NCBI RefSeq assembly: GCF_964204645.1
Contig: NC_134032.1
Coordinates: forward strand, 496,001-560,000
DNA from: Tubulanus polymorphus
Lineage: Eukaryota; Animalia; Nemertea
Length of the DNA: 64,000 bases
Reading direction: 5' to 3'
This document shows, piece by piece, positions 1 through 12,463 of the stretch. The first letter of the stretch is position 1. The number at the start of each line of letters is the position of its first letter. The notes beneath the pieces were generated by a model. That model saw nothing but the letters and a program-made list of their open reading frames with translations, did no database searches and was not told where the DNA came from. A program made the translations under genes and the position numbers.

Positions 1-291
1 AACAGGTTTAAGCATTTTCAAAGCTCACTTGCAAGGAGACCCTTATCAAATTACTTTGCATTTCTTAATACCAACTTAGATCAAATTACTTCTCTTAGTT
101 TCTTAGCAACATTATAATTATCATATTTTCTTACTCACAACAAACAAAACAAACCAAGTGCACCGCCACAAAGACAAGCCACTCCTTACACCACAAAGAC
201 AAGTCACCACAAAGATACATTACCTAATTGGAGTAATCAAGATAATTCAACCCACAAAGTTTAAAACAAAGTATTCACTTATATGGAAAAT

Positions 292-380
292 ACACATGTA
301 AGCCATGTTTATTTTGCACACTTCACATGTAAGCCATGTTTGTTTTGCACACTACACATGTAAGCCATGTTTGTTTGCAT
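292..380. repeat. 31-bp tandem repeat, about 3 copies
   Basis: cacatgtaagccatgttt(t/g)ttttgcacac repeated. Confidence 0.85.
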
Positions 381-583
381 AAATTTTGTCGTTTCATATA
401 AGAAGTGGTCGAATTTTTCAGACGTTATTCGTGTGAAGTTTATATTTTTGTAGAAAGGAACTAAATAGCTTTAGCTAAACAACCGATAAAGAGAGTGAAG
501 TTAGCGAAATAGAGTCGAATTGAGCAGCTCTAAAGAATAAAACTCATAAAACTCTGAACGCATCACACAAACCCATGGCTTAC

Positions 584-730
584 CCCGACACTAATATGTT
601 CCATTATAGGAATGACCGAACTGGCCCCGACTGCCTGTAAAACCCGTGGGGACCCGGTGACGGCCCCGAGAGCCGCGGACATTGACGACACGTACAAACC
701 GCACAACCACATAGGCCCGAACACGGCCAC
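584..730 (-). CDS. SLC12A8: SLC12A8 alternative exon B (duplicate TM8-region exon, 49 aa)
   Basis: 147 nt, acceptor ...ccgcTAG, donor GTAAGC, phase 0-0, no stops: [49 protein letters not shown]. Aligns without gaps to exon 5133-5279. Absent from the ORF track. Confidence 0.85.
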
Positions 731-3700
731 CTAGCGGGGTTAACATAAAACACAAACATACGTATTACAAACATAGAATTAATGGGTAAGCAGGAGTGGG
801 AGGGGTACGACAGAGCTTCTGAAATAAAATACGTGCAATATAAACGTTACGAAATCGAGGGTCGGATCTAGACGCAGGAGCATCTCAACAAATATATTCA
901 CCGCAAATCAATAAGAAACTTGCATCATTTCGGCAGTTTAACTTTTCCAACAAATGTCGAAATTGTGCCTTTTTTGAAAAAGTGCCCTTAACCCTTTCAG
1001 TGCGTCTACATCGCAGTGCAGTGTATAATTCAGTGATGGATTTTGCTAGTACACCGCGCTGCGGTGTATTGATGTAATTAGTAATTATCTCTCTTGAAAG
1101 ATGGCAGCACCTGTCAAACATAGTGAAATACTAGTAACTAACGATACACTGCACCGCGGTGTAGACGCACTATAGTGGTATTCCCGTTATTCAACACACT
1201 AGGGTGGAATTTTTCAAACTTTTCAAATTATCTCCAGCACTATAGGGTATTGATAAGTCAGCACTGAAAGGGTTTAATGAATGGTCAATCAAAATTCTAA
1301 TCGATCAAACCGAATTATCGTAATACCCCTGCTAGATCCGCCCTTAGATTTCTAAGTACATGCTATATATCAAACATCGTCCTTGAGTGATAACTTTCAG
1401 TTCAACTACTTTCTCATTCTCATCTCCCCCCGGGCATCATTTCACAGAGTTCATCCTAAGTTGTAGTTAGTAAGATCGAGTGCTGTTGCTGTTGTTAGGA
1501 TATTTACGTTTTAGATTCGTACGCAATGCGTCAGAAAAAGTCACCGCGCAGAAGTGACCGTTGACAGTTGGTGAATTGGAGGGTCGAGTTTAGATCATGT
1601 ACGTGCATGCATGTCGTGTGCGTGTGTGGATCAACAATAGCCTTCTTAATTACTCGGAGTAGTTTTTCCACATTCGGCTTTGCATTTTCATCAAACGGTA
1701 CAGCTTAGAATTAACTTAAAGAAAATTGCGCATCGTTTATCGTACCAATTGAAACGCGTTGTACGGTAGGAGTTTAAATTCTTTCCAAAACGCCGATCAT
1801 TATCCGTTTTAAAACGGAAAATAAAAGGAAAATAGACGTTCACGATGTTAAGTTAATTCTAAGCTGTACCGTAATTCTTCCAATAAAGAAATATCTCTTT
1901 TTGTCAATAATTCCACAATCTCATGAAAATAAAGTTCGCCTATTGTTTTTTCAATTTTCCTATCTATCACACATCGAAATATTTCCCTATAAAATTTGTT
2001 CTCCGAGGAATCAAAAACAGCCTTATAATGTGAAAAAATATGTGCAAGGTTATGAAAGTCGATGTTTGCATTGCTGATACGGATTTAAGAATTATGAAAG
2101 AGGGTCGGATATTCTAAGGCTGGTTCGTCACTGCTTGACAAGATATCCACTTAATAAGAGTTGATACCGGTACAAGTATAGGTTTAGAGTGGGTGAAATT
2201 GAAGGCGTGTTCATGCGCATATCTCGGTGAACAAATATCGATAAATGTCGAAAAAGATATCAATCATTTGCTTTAAAGTAGTGCTAGTATTGAAAAGGTT
2301 TGGTAATGCGTGTTTGAAGTCTAAATTCAGTATAGAGGTGTTGCGTACAGCTTTGTTTAATGTCCTGTTAGTTTATTTACACTATGTTAGTTCTGTTTTC
2401 TGGTCATTCCGCCTGATGATGACCATTGGTCCACAGATGTTGTGGTTTCGTTTTAACAAATTAAATCGTATACAATTCAAATTATGGGACTTCTTCAATT
2501 ATGTACAGTGAACACGGATTAGTGATTCATTCAACTACTAAGTTGTTGCATAGTTTGTCATGTAAATCTCGTTTGAAACCACTGATGTGGCGTAGTCACT
2601 TGGAAAAAGCTCATGACTGCAAAACTAAACTGCAAGACCTCTGAACATAAAGCATGATCTTAGCTATTGTGAATAGTAAGAAGAGTCTATACTAACTATA
2701 GGTTCAGACGAGAGAAATTCAGCAATGAATCAGTCTGAGAAAAGAGAGACTTTATTTTGAGCAATGTTTGTGAGCATCACGCCTGATGATGGGTTAAAGT
2801 GTTTAGCCGAAACGTTGCTCAAAATATAAAGTCTCTTCTATTCAAGAATTTTTTATCTCGGACTGATTGATTGCGGGATTTCTCTCGTCATCAATCTTAC
2901 ACGGATATTGTGTACCTTCTCGACATATAGGTTCAGTTACGCTTCATGCAATCGACAAGTATTCACGACCGATTTAAAATCGCTAGGTCTGAGAGTTGGT
3001 TTTTTTTTCAGACATGCTCATCAATACAAGTAACAACTGTTTCTTTAGGTCATCCTCACAAATCTCTTCGATGAATCGGTATGACTAGACTATTAAGCCG
3101 GAGGGGGGGGCCTATGTGGTTCACGTTTCGTGTCCTAGTAAAACAACGTCTAAACGTCACCACAATCTCTCGATGTATCGCCTTCGCGATGAAAACAGTT
3201 TTTTTTCACGGTGTAAAAGACTAGGTTCGTGTGAAGCTCAGTTTCGGAAATGAAGCGATTCGCGGATTGGAAACTATAACATAAAATGGTGCGAGGTGCA
3301 GGAAGCGGATTGCGGCCACATCCAAGACTTCACGAGTCAATAGTGCATATAGGGTCTCCTGAAAAAGCGATGGCGCATATTTCTACAGTCCGGGGGCTGC
3401 AGTTGCTAAAAATTTGGTTATAATTAACCGGTGGATAGTCGACATAGCGAAAATTCAAAGTTCGTTGTAACTATGTTATCTTTAACCCTTTCAGTGCATC
3501 TACACCGCAGTGCGATGTATGAATCGGTGATGGATTTCGCTAGTACACTGTACTGCAGTGTATTGATGTAATTAGTAATTATCTCTCTTGAAACATGGCA
3601 GCACCTGTCAAACACAGTGAAATACTAGTAACTAATGATACACCGCACCGCGGTGTAGACGCATTATAGTGCTATTCCTGTTATTCAACACACTAGGTTG

Positions 3701-6700
3701 AAATTTTTCAAAATTTTCAATTTATCTCAAGCACTATAGGGAATTATCAAGTCAGCAATGAAAGGGTTAATCAACTTTTGACTAACTGCAGCCCCGGAAA
3801 ATTAATCAGTGCAATTCTAATTGACATCAAGATCTTGATAATTGCTCAAGTGGACTAAATGTTGCATCACTTTGAAGCGAAGAACTGTCAGTCTATGACT
3901 CTGCAATACGGTCAGACCTTTCTCACTTCTTAAGACCTTTCTCACAACATTTGTTCAACTATACTCAGTATCTTGTCATCATCTCTAAGAATGCATGTCT
4001 TAATTACACAAACTATCGATATGAAATATGCTATTGCTGTTATCCTGGAAACCCGGTGCGATATCTAACATATCTCGAACAAAATTTGCCAAATTTGTTA
4101 ACTGTGCTTAGGAAGTAAAGACTCTCGAGTATTGGAATTGACCTCAATCAGGGTAAAGGTGGGGGATAAATAACTAATCGTACATGTATTCATAACTTCA
4201 GACAGTGACAGCGACAAATCATGCAAATTACACCCGTTTAATCTAGGGCTGATCAGAGACCGATATTCAATACTGATATTTATATCAGTGCGTTGAAATA
4301 TATCGAGCTTATGTGAAACATAGAAGATTACAACAAGATTCATATACAGTGTATTTTCAGGGATTTAAAGCCTTGATACTTCAGCAGACGCGATGCTACA
4401 GATACAAAATACACTTATGAATGCAGCCGCTTTAGAATTCCAGGGCCCGGTTTTATATACTGGTGTTACCTTTAACCCAAAGACTAACTCCCACCTTGGA
4501 TTGGAGACAACTAGTTGCCGGACAGTTTTCAGTGCATGAGAGCAACTGGCTGGATACAATCAGTGTGAGCTAGCTTACGACTGGTTAACGTCCATCTATC
4601 TCCAGTTCCACCCAGTTGCTCATGTTCTACTTTTGAGCAACTAGTTGTACTCAGTTACTGTCATATCCGTCGATGTGAGCGCTCCATAATCATCAAAACA
4701 TGGTTACAACTGACTAAAACAAAGCAGTCTATCACATGATTCGAGATGCCCTGAGAATATTTGCTAGATTACACTTCTCAGTTGCTGTTGATGTGTGCGC
4801 TATGGACTAGTGACTGGCATGAACCACGTAGTTGCTGGTTTTTATTAGATGGGTACTCGCTCACTAGCAACCAGTTGTCTCTAGTCACTTATTCGATGTA
4901 CGCTTAGCTTAATGAATTGAGTTAGCCCCGGGTTAAAGATAATACCTGTGCATAAAACCGACTCCAGGATATGGAGCATGCCGATTTTCCAGTATATATA
5001 TACGAAATTTGAACGGCTCGATTAAGCCGAATTGTCACTGACACTGTATTCGGTTACTGGGGTATATAACAAATATAAAATTGGTAACATAACGACACAG
5101 GGGGGTACAACAACGCATTCGACCCTTCTTACCCCTCGACCGAGACATTTAATTATTGGGATCGTGTTTTCGTTAGCGATGGACTGTAATATACGCGGCG
5201 AACCGTAGATGGCGCCCATAGAGGACGATATGGAACTAACGTAAAGTCCGGCAAGCCATAAATAGCCAACTATTGCCACCTGAAACATCAGACGTTAGAC
5301 ATATATTATTTTGAACTCGATTGCGGCATTTCAACATCAGAGTTGACTGACTCGAACTGCATTATGCTGGGACCAGTTGCTCAAAAGTTGGTAAAAGTTA
5401 ACACCGCATTGAAAGATTGTTCCACAAACCGAAATTTGAAATTTTATTTCATTTTCCATTTTCCAATCTCAAAATCAAACCCCTTATTTTGGTACCCGCC
5501 AGTGTGCCTGGTATAGTTTAATAGATGAAGTACTTGTATAAAGTTAACCATCAGCGATATTAACCCTAACATTGGTTAACGGACTTTTGAGCATCTAGTC
5601 CCTGCTCTACGAGGTTAGCCAGGGTGGCGCCACTTTCCGCCCATATTTACAAAACCCGTTTCCTGATTATTTCCATGTGATTACAAAAAAACTCCGCGAG
5701 GAGCGAATCAGAGAAATTACTCGGTTTAAAATGTTACAATTCATTCATTTTCCATGGAATCACATATCGATAAAGAAACAATAGCATTATTGGAATTCCC
5801 TCCAATTTTTGGCCAAATTTCCCAAGTTTTCCAGGTTTTCCAGCACAGTAGCGCCACCCTGTTAGTAGGTTACGGCATTAGCCTGCATGGTACAAGTGGT
5901 CGAATAGACCGGCAAAAGTTAAAACATAAGATTTTCGATATTTGGCAGTTAACTGGTTAAGATCTCTAGCCTTCAGGATCCAGTTCCACAACTCTGGGGA
6001 CGCAGTTGCTCAAAAGTTGAGTTAGAGTTAACCAGTGGATAGTTGTCGTAGCGACAATTAAAAGATCATTGTTATTACGATATTTATCCACCGGTTGTCT
6101 TTAACCAACTTTTGAGCAACTGCAGCCCCCCCCCCCCCCCGTAATAATCTAAACTCCAAACTCACAAGTGTGGAACTGGGTGCGCGCTATCTGCAGCATT
6201 TGAATATCGGCAGGCACACTATAAGCAGTGCCAGACAGACACTTACCTTTTGCGCGATCATGTAATCTGTTTGGAGGTACGCTTTTCCGCAAACTGATCC
6301 TAGAACCACGGTGAACGATAAGTACAAAAACGTACTGAAACGATAAACAACAATTAGCTTTCGCGTTTAAGAGCGAATTGGATATCCGAATGTCCCGACA
6401 GCTTAATGACAGCAAGAACAGGAGATCACTCCCTGGATATAAGGTTTCAAGGAGTTTTAAAGGAGGGACCGCGGAGAATCATAAAAACGCGTGTCTCACC
6501 TGACGCCGACGGCCGATAAAGTACCGACCGGAATATTACGACCCGGATTAGAGAGGTCGCCGCTCATGTTGATACCGGCGAAGACGCCGGTCGCCGTCGG
6601 GAAGAACACTCCAAACACGGTGAAAAACGATTGACCTTCCATATACGACGGTCCCGTGTTGTTATGTAGGTTAGTTATCGTGTAGCCTAGGACACCGTTT

Positions 6701-9700
6701 TCTGAAATAAATTTGGAATTACAAATATAGTGTTAAATACATCATTCGAGATATCGAAATGAAACTGTTAGTTATTTGAATATTTGAAATATGGTTAAAT
6801 CAGTAAGATCGATATGCAGTCAAATTCAGTTAAGTCATCATCGGATAAGTCACCACAAAGTCATCCCTTCGAGTCGTAAATTATCTCTCTAATTCAATTT
6901 AATAAGTGTAAGTCGTCAACTTACTGAAGTCATCTTTATTTTTCAGTCTCAACTCGTACTTCTAATTCAATTTACTAAGTCATCATTTGTACATCCTCCC
7001 TCCGCAGGGACTCGAACCTGATGACATCACTACACACAGCCACGGCACGAACCCCTGCCATACTAGACCGAGTGCGCAGCTTTGCCGCATGAAAACTTGC
7101 GGCACCAATCAGATAGCTTGTAGTATAACCGCTGAGGTAAATTTAACAGAAGAACTATAAATCGGAAAACCTTATGAAACGAGATATCTAAAATAAAACG
7201 AGATATCTGATTGGCTAACGATGACATCATCTAAGCTGCGCGTGAAGCTGCGCACTCGGTCTAGTGGAGCAGGGTTTCGTACCGTGGCGAGTCTCGATGC
7301 CATCAGGTTCGAATCCCCGCCGTGGAGGACATCATCTGATAAGTCATCTGTCATTTCAATTTTTTTGAGTCCGACTTCGTACAACATGACCATTAAGTTC
7401 GAGCAGCTGATGCGTGTATGATCGTGACTTACCGATATCCGTGTGAACGAACGAACCGACGAGAAAGTCGAGAACGGCGACGAACAATACGAATAGTAAT
7501 ATCAGCTGCAGACGTATGACCCATTTCACTCCGGCGACGTTTATACCTGCAAAAACACAAACGTTTTAAATGTATAATAATATATAAACCTGCTATTCAC
7601 GGATTAAGAACCGATAATTTATTGAATCAAATTAAAAGACACAACATTTCGATCTCAGCCTAGAGATCACTGTCCTGATTACACACCTTGCATAGTCATG
7701 ACTTAAGTCCAAAAGTGGTCGTAAATCTGAAGACTGGTCTTAAGTTGTTAAATCGAGTATAGAACAAAGTTGGTCTTAGACCAGTCTTAAATCTAAGCCA
7801 TGACTATGCAACCGGCCCCTGACGATGATCTCTAGGGTGACATCGAAACGTATTCAATTAATGATCGGTTTTTAACTCTTTGCCTGCCAGGTCTATTTTT
7901 CAGGAAATGCTGCGCTTTGCTACGATTTCCGTGTTTTTCAGAGATTCATAAAACAATATATCAATACCTCAATATCTTATCAGGCCGTTCTATCTAGCAT
8001 TTTAATGTTGGGGGAGCAACCCAGGGATAATAGGGCCAAAAAGGGGCAGTTTTTACCTCAAGTCGAAAACCGATAAAATGTATTCATCGTATATGCCCTA
8101 ACTCTTTATAACAAAATGCTTCTCAAGTTAAGGATTCTGCATTGGATATAACATCGATATTTGCAAAAAGGGCACTTTTCCCAAATTTCTGGGAAAGGGG
8201 CGACGATGTAAGGCCTGGTCTTATGCGCCCTTTTTCAAAAACATCTAAGAAGGGCAATTTCTGTGACATGAAGATACAAATTATCGGCAATTACGACAAA
8301 GAATGGCCTTTTATTCATCAATTTGCCCAAAAGATGCGTATTTGGTTGGATCATCTGATCGTGATTTGTTGGTGCATCAATAAATACTTTGGTTTTGAAT
8401 CTTCACTCATCCGATGACGGTTTAAACCAGATAGATTTGCGGAGCGTCGTTTAGTGACAACATTTCTTACCTAATAACAATAACAGAACGCCGATAGCGA
8501 TACCGCGTGATACCCATTCATTCTGCTGGTTAATCAACGCCGCGATACTTTCACCGAAACCAACTACGTACAACGAACACGCTACAGCCTGAAAATACAT
8601 ATCACAAACATTACCAGTATTTCACATTCAACTTATCGGTCTCAAATGTCGCGGCTTAGATTCAAGTCCAGTTTAAGACGACCTTAGTTCTACGACATAA
8701 GACAACTTAAAGTTCAATTTGCTTCCATAATCAATCTGACAACTGAAGACCAGTCTAAGCTTATTTAGGTTCTATAGCCAATCTGACAACTTAAAACCAG
8801 TCTTAGCTTATTTTGGTTCTATAACCAATCTAACGACTCAAGACCGCTCTAAGCTCATTTTAGTTCTATAGCCAATCTAACAACTTGAGACCAGTCTGAA
8901 GATTTAATATCACAGAACTTGAGTCACATCTGTTTGAAAGTGTTAAACACTCAGCACAAGAACAGATGGCTATAACATTAATCAATCTCGTCATCAAGAG
9001 TTTCACAAATTGTGACTATTTCTGATGAATTTCCAAAAGTCATTGAAATAATTGATTTTCGTAAAAACAAAATTATCATACATTTCAAAACTGACATACG
9101 CCAATCTATGCAATCAAAAACAAAACTAGGGGTCCAGGGACACCACACCCACTTAGGATGTTGTATCAAATGCTCAGCAAACTAACAATTCATTATTCAA
9201 CGCCCCCTGGGGGCCCAGTTTCACGAAAAAGTGTAAGCCTAAAATGGTAAAGTTTGAATTGTTGTCCTCATTGAAAACATGAAGTAACCAATAGCGACTA
9301 CACCAAAATTTTAGTTAAACTTTTTCGTGAAACTGGGCCCTGGTGACCAAATACAAAAACCGCCGGGACTAAAGTCCCAATTGGAGTAAAAACATTTATC
9401 AAAATTAAAGTCGCAATCATTCGGCATTCACGTCAAACCTATTACTCAAAAATTATTACTAAAAAAAGAATGAAAGGAAAAAGTTTTGTGTTTAGCTTAA
9501 CGTACCTGTCCGAAACAGTAGACGATACCGATTGAAGTGCCGATCTTCGCCCCGAGAACGTGAGATAACAGGAAGTAGACGCCTCCGCTTTCCATTTTAC
9601 ACCGTTCGCAAACTCCGATCGCGGAGATCACGGAGATCATCGCGACGAATATCGTCACCAGTATGATCACCAGAGATAGACCGATACCGGCGTTACCCTG

Positions 9701-12340
9701 AAATATATACATAGATTACAATAGTTTGAGACTAACTGGGAATTCACGGGAATCGCACAATTGGCAATAATGAAACATAATGATATTAGTCTTAACCCTT
9801 TCAGTGCGTCAACACCGCAGTGCGGTGTATAAATCAGTTATAGATTTTGCTAGTACACCGCACTGCGGTGTATTGATATAATTAGTAATTCTCTCTTGAA
9901 AAATGGCAGCACCTGTCAGACATAGTGAAATATAAGTAACTAACGATACATCGCACCGCGGTGTAGACGCACTATAGTGGTATTCCCGTTATTCAACACA
10001 CTAGGGTGGAATTTTCTTAAATTTTCAAATTTTCTCCAGCACGATAGGGTATTAATTAGTCAGCACTGAAAAGGTTAAAGGGCAGGCTTCAATTCTGGAA
10101 TTCTCTACTGATTGAGCAGTACTCAAAAAGCCTAGGCTAGATCCGCCCCTGGAAACCTGCCTCAAAGACGAGCTGAATATATACGTACCACCATCCAACC
10201 GGTTCGCAAGAAAATCACCACGCCGAAAATATTGAGCATACACGACGTGAAAACACCGTCCCACGTGCCGAATAAAACCGGCTCGACGATGAAGAAATTC
10301 GTTTTCCACCACGGCTTCTGAGTCAGATTCTGAAATAAAATTAAAAAATTCGTAGAAACTATTATAGTAACGCACAGGTTAACCCTTTCAGTGCATCTAC
10401 ACCGCAGTGCGGTGTATAAATCAGTGATAGATTTTGCGAGTACACCGCACTGCGGTGTATTGATTTAATTAATAATAAGTAATTATCTCTCTTGAAAAAT
10501 GGCAGCACTTGTCAAACATAGTGAAATACTAGTAACTAATGATACACTGCACCGCGGTGTAGACGCACTATAGTGGTATTCCTGTTATCAAATACACTAG
10601 GGTGCAATTTTTAAAAATTTTCAAATTATCAAATTAAAACGTGTTCTAACAGCGCCTAGCAGCGTGGATGTCCATATCCATACTGATAACTGCTTTGAAA
10701 TATATTGAGCTAACGCGAAAAATGGAAGATCACCCCGAAATCAAGCTTAGATAGTCGTCTCACCGACGGGGTATGAAACCACGCAGACTAATGATTTATA
10801 TCAGCCTTTTTCTGTTATTCTATGAATGCTTTTATGTCTAGCTTTGATCTTCCGAGGGTGTTTGGTGTTTAGTCGCTTTCTAAAGAGCACCGACTCAGAG
10901 GGTCGGGTATTACAACTAAGACTCCCATTTAAGTCGAAATCATTTTAACGACTTCACTCATCGGTATTTTAGGTATATAAAGTATACAGGGTCCCTAAGA
11001 CTCCTTGATTCCTAGGAATATGAAAGTGATGCAGACGCCAATGAGTGCTCATTTCATTAAGGTTATTGTAGGATTTGTGATGTGCCGTGCACGTGGGTAG
11101 TGCCTAATGATCGACCTAACGATGTCCCGTGCACGCGGGAGGCCATAACTTATAGAAATATAATAGCAAATATATGTAGAAATAATATGTATAGTTTTAT
11201 GAGAAAGATAAATGTCATATAGATAGACACAAGTTCGATGATTGTATAGATGATGTGATAACAGGCCGAGTACATGAGTCTCTGTTATATGATATTTTCA
11301 AACATCTGTGATGAGACATTATTAACGCATGATGTGATTGTATTATAGCACAGCCCGTATACACTGTAAATCAATTAACGTGCGTTATGTCGGAGTTTAT
11401 AAAATCATTTCGCACAATTGTCGCTGATATTAATCCGATTGAGCTGATGAGGGCGTACTGGGCCAACAACCTGACCGGGCTTAGGCTTAACAAAACTGAT
11501 ACGTTGTTTCTCGGCAGCGGGCGGATGATTTTTGTAAAATATAACAAATTTCATTTCTATAGCGGCCGGGTCTGTTATGGTAAAATTGATCACGATTTTA
11601 CTTTTAAGCTCAGCAGAGCGGAGAAACAAGGTATCGATTTTTTAGCCTTACGACAATTTTATTTACTAAACGCATATGTCAGAAGACAGATATTCCGTCA
11701 AATTCTAATGTTTGAGTAGCAGTGATTTTTGTACTTCAAGTCAAAGGTAATTCAATGGAATTGCTTACACTCTAAACATTTGGCACAAGGAATGTGGAGT
11801 GAATGGCTTTATATGAGTCTAAGTAAGGGTTAGGATTAGATTTGGGGAATTTTGGAAAGAATCTAATTGAATCTGAGAAGATATTTGGCAGTTGATATCC
11901 TGCTGCAAACTAGCGACACCTGGTGGATCCTCACTTGCCACAAGTGGAATCCTCTATCATTACAGTAGTTGATGTCCTACTGCACACTAGCGACACCTGG
12001 TGGATCATCACTTGCCACAAGCAAAATCCTCTATTGCCGCAGTAGTTAATGTCCTACTGCACACTAGCGACACCTGTTGGACGCAGTCACTACTTACCGA
12101 ATCCTCTCTGAACAGTTCATTCTCGTTGCCCTTATCGTGATGATACGGGCTATCTGAGTAAGCGTCCGGAGACTGCGGAACTCCTTCATTCTCCGCCTCG
12201 TTCCGCTGTTCTACGCTCAGTCCGTACCGACTCCAGTCCGGAGTCGACTTCACGTCCTTTTTGTTCGTAGTGGTCATGATTAATAACGGACTACGTTCTC
12301 CGCTGTTAGTCCAGCTGTTAGTCCATTGCGGTTCGTCCAT
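584..12340 (-). CDS. SLC12A8: Solute carrier family 12 member 8 (cation-chloride cotransporter family), 5' portion; continues beyond the left edge
   Basis: Phase-consistent GT-AG exons: 12340-12098 (MDEPQW...LFREDS), 10329-10189 ([47 protein letters not shown]), 9697-9506 (GNAGIG...[14 protein letters not shown]...YCFGQ), 8588-8471, 7546-7433 ([14 protein letters not shown]), 6701-6500 ([28 protein letters not shown]), 6334-6247, then 5279-5133 and/or 730-584. The PWW...[16 protein letters not shown] motif is characteristic of SLC12A8. Confidence 0.93.
988..1277. mobile_element. piggyBac-like MITE, ~285 bp (family A)
   Basis: Ends TTAAccctttcagtgc ... gcactgaaagggtTTAA. Near-identical copies at 3482-3770, 9792-10078, 10379-10630, 36181-36465; partial copies at 32748-32897 and 35195-35318. 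TTAA flanks with CCC...GGG termini are typical of piggyBac. Confidence 0.85.
2771..2821 (+). ncRNA. Minimal type-I hammerhead ribozyme motif (Penelope/retrozyme type) inside a foldback
   Basis: gc-CTGATGA-tg-ggttaaa(gtg)tttagcc-GAAA-cg-TT-gctca, embedded in imperfect inverted repeat 2707-2890. Confidence 0.65.
3393..3795. mobile_element. Palindromic MITE (ggggctgcagttgct...actgcagcccc) with a family-A MITE nested at 3482-3770
   Basis: Same family at ~5373-5600, 6003-6125, 59270-59397 and 63315-63440. The nested copy is bounded by TTAA. Confidence 0.75.
5133..5279 (-). CDS. SLC12A8: SLC12A8 exon A (canonical-like TM8-region exon, 49 aa)
   Basis: 147 nt, acceptor tttCAG, donor GTAAGA, phase 0-0: [49 protein letters not shown]. 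Confidence 0.92.
6995..7330. mobile_element. Two tRNA-derived SINE-like copies in inverted orientation
   Basis: B-box-like GGTTCGAATCCC at ~7306-7317 (+) and the reverse complement at ~7007-7019; shared body sequence; related copy at ~34860-35010. Confidence 0.6.
7598..7876. mobile_element. Inverted pair of hammerhead-bearing repeat units separated by a MITE
   Basis: + strand CTGACGA-t-gat...atc-GAAA-cg-TA at 7819-7852. The - strand counterpart at 7641-7674 keeps stem II and GAAAtgTT but has lost its CTGAnGA box. Palindromic MITE at ~7689-7818. Confidence 0.6.
9792..10078. mobile_element. piggyBac-like MITE family A
   Basis: TTAA-flanked full copy. Confidence 0.85.
10379..10630. mobile_element. 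piggyBac-like MITE family A, 3' truncated
   Basis: Matches 988-1277 for ~250 bp. Confidence 0.8.
11482..11648. mobile_element. MITE family B (TIR aggcta...gataccttgtttctcc)
   Basis: Related copies at 16415-16638, 47418-47748 and 56226-56442. Confidence 0.75.
11885..12082. repeat. 77-bp tandem repeat (~2.6 copies), each with a CTCF-like motif
   Basis: ctagcgacacctg(g/t)tgg at 11910, 11987 and 12064; reverse complement CCA(C/A)CAGGTGTCGCTAG. Confidence 0.75.
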
Positions 12341-12463
12341 GTTTCGCACTGGATGAAGCGGTCCGCTTCACGCCGAACATCGTGGACACTTTAACGACTA
12401 CAAAATACAGAAATACAAAACTGATTCATTTCACTGGAAACAAACAAACAAATCTGTACTATC

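Noticed and set aside
885-1121. Recurrent ORF MFDRCCH... (also 3424-3615)
   Set aside because: Chance frame inside MITE family A; not a transposase.
7230-7330. tRNA gene suggested by GGTTCGAATCCC (also ~37375 and ~45120)
   Set aside because: No cloverleaf can be formed; consistent with SINE heads.
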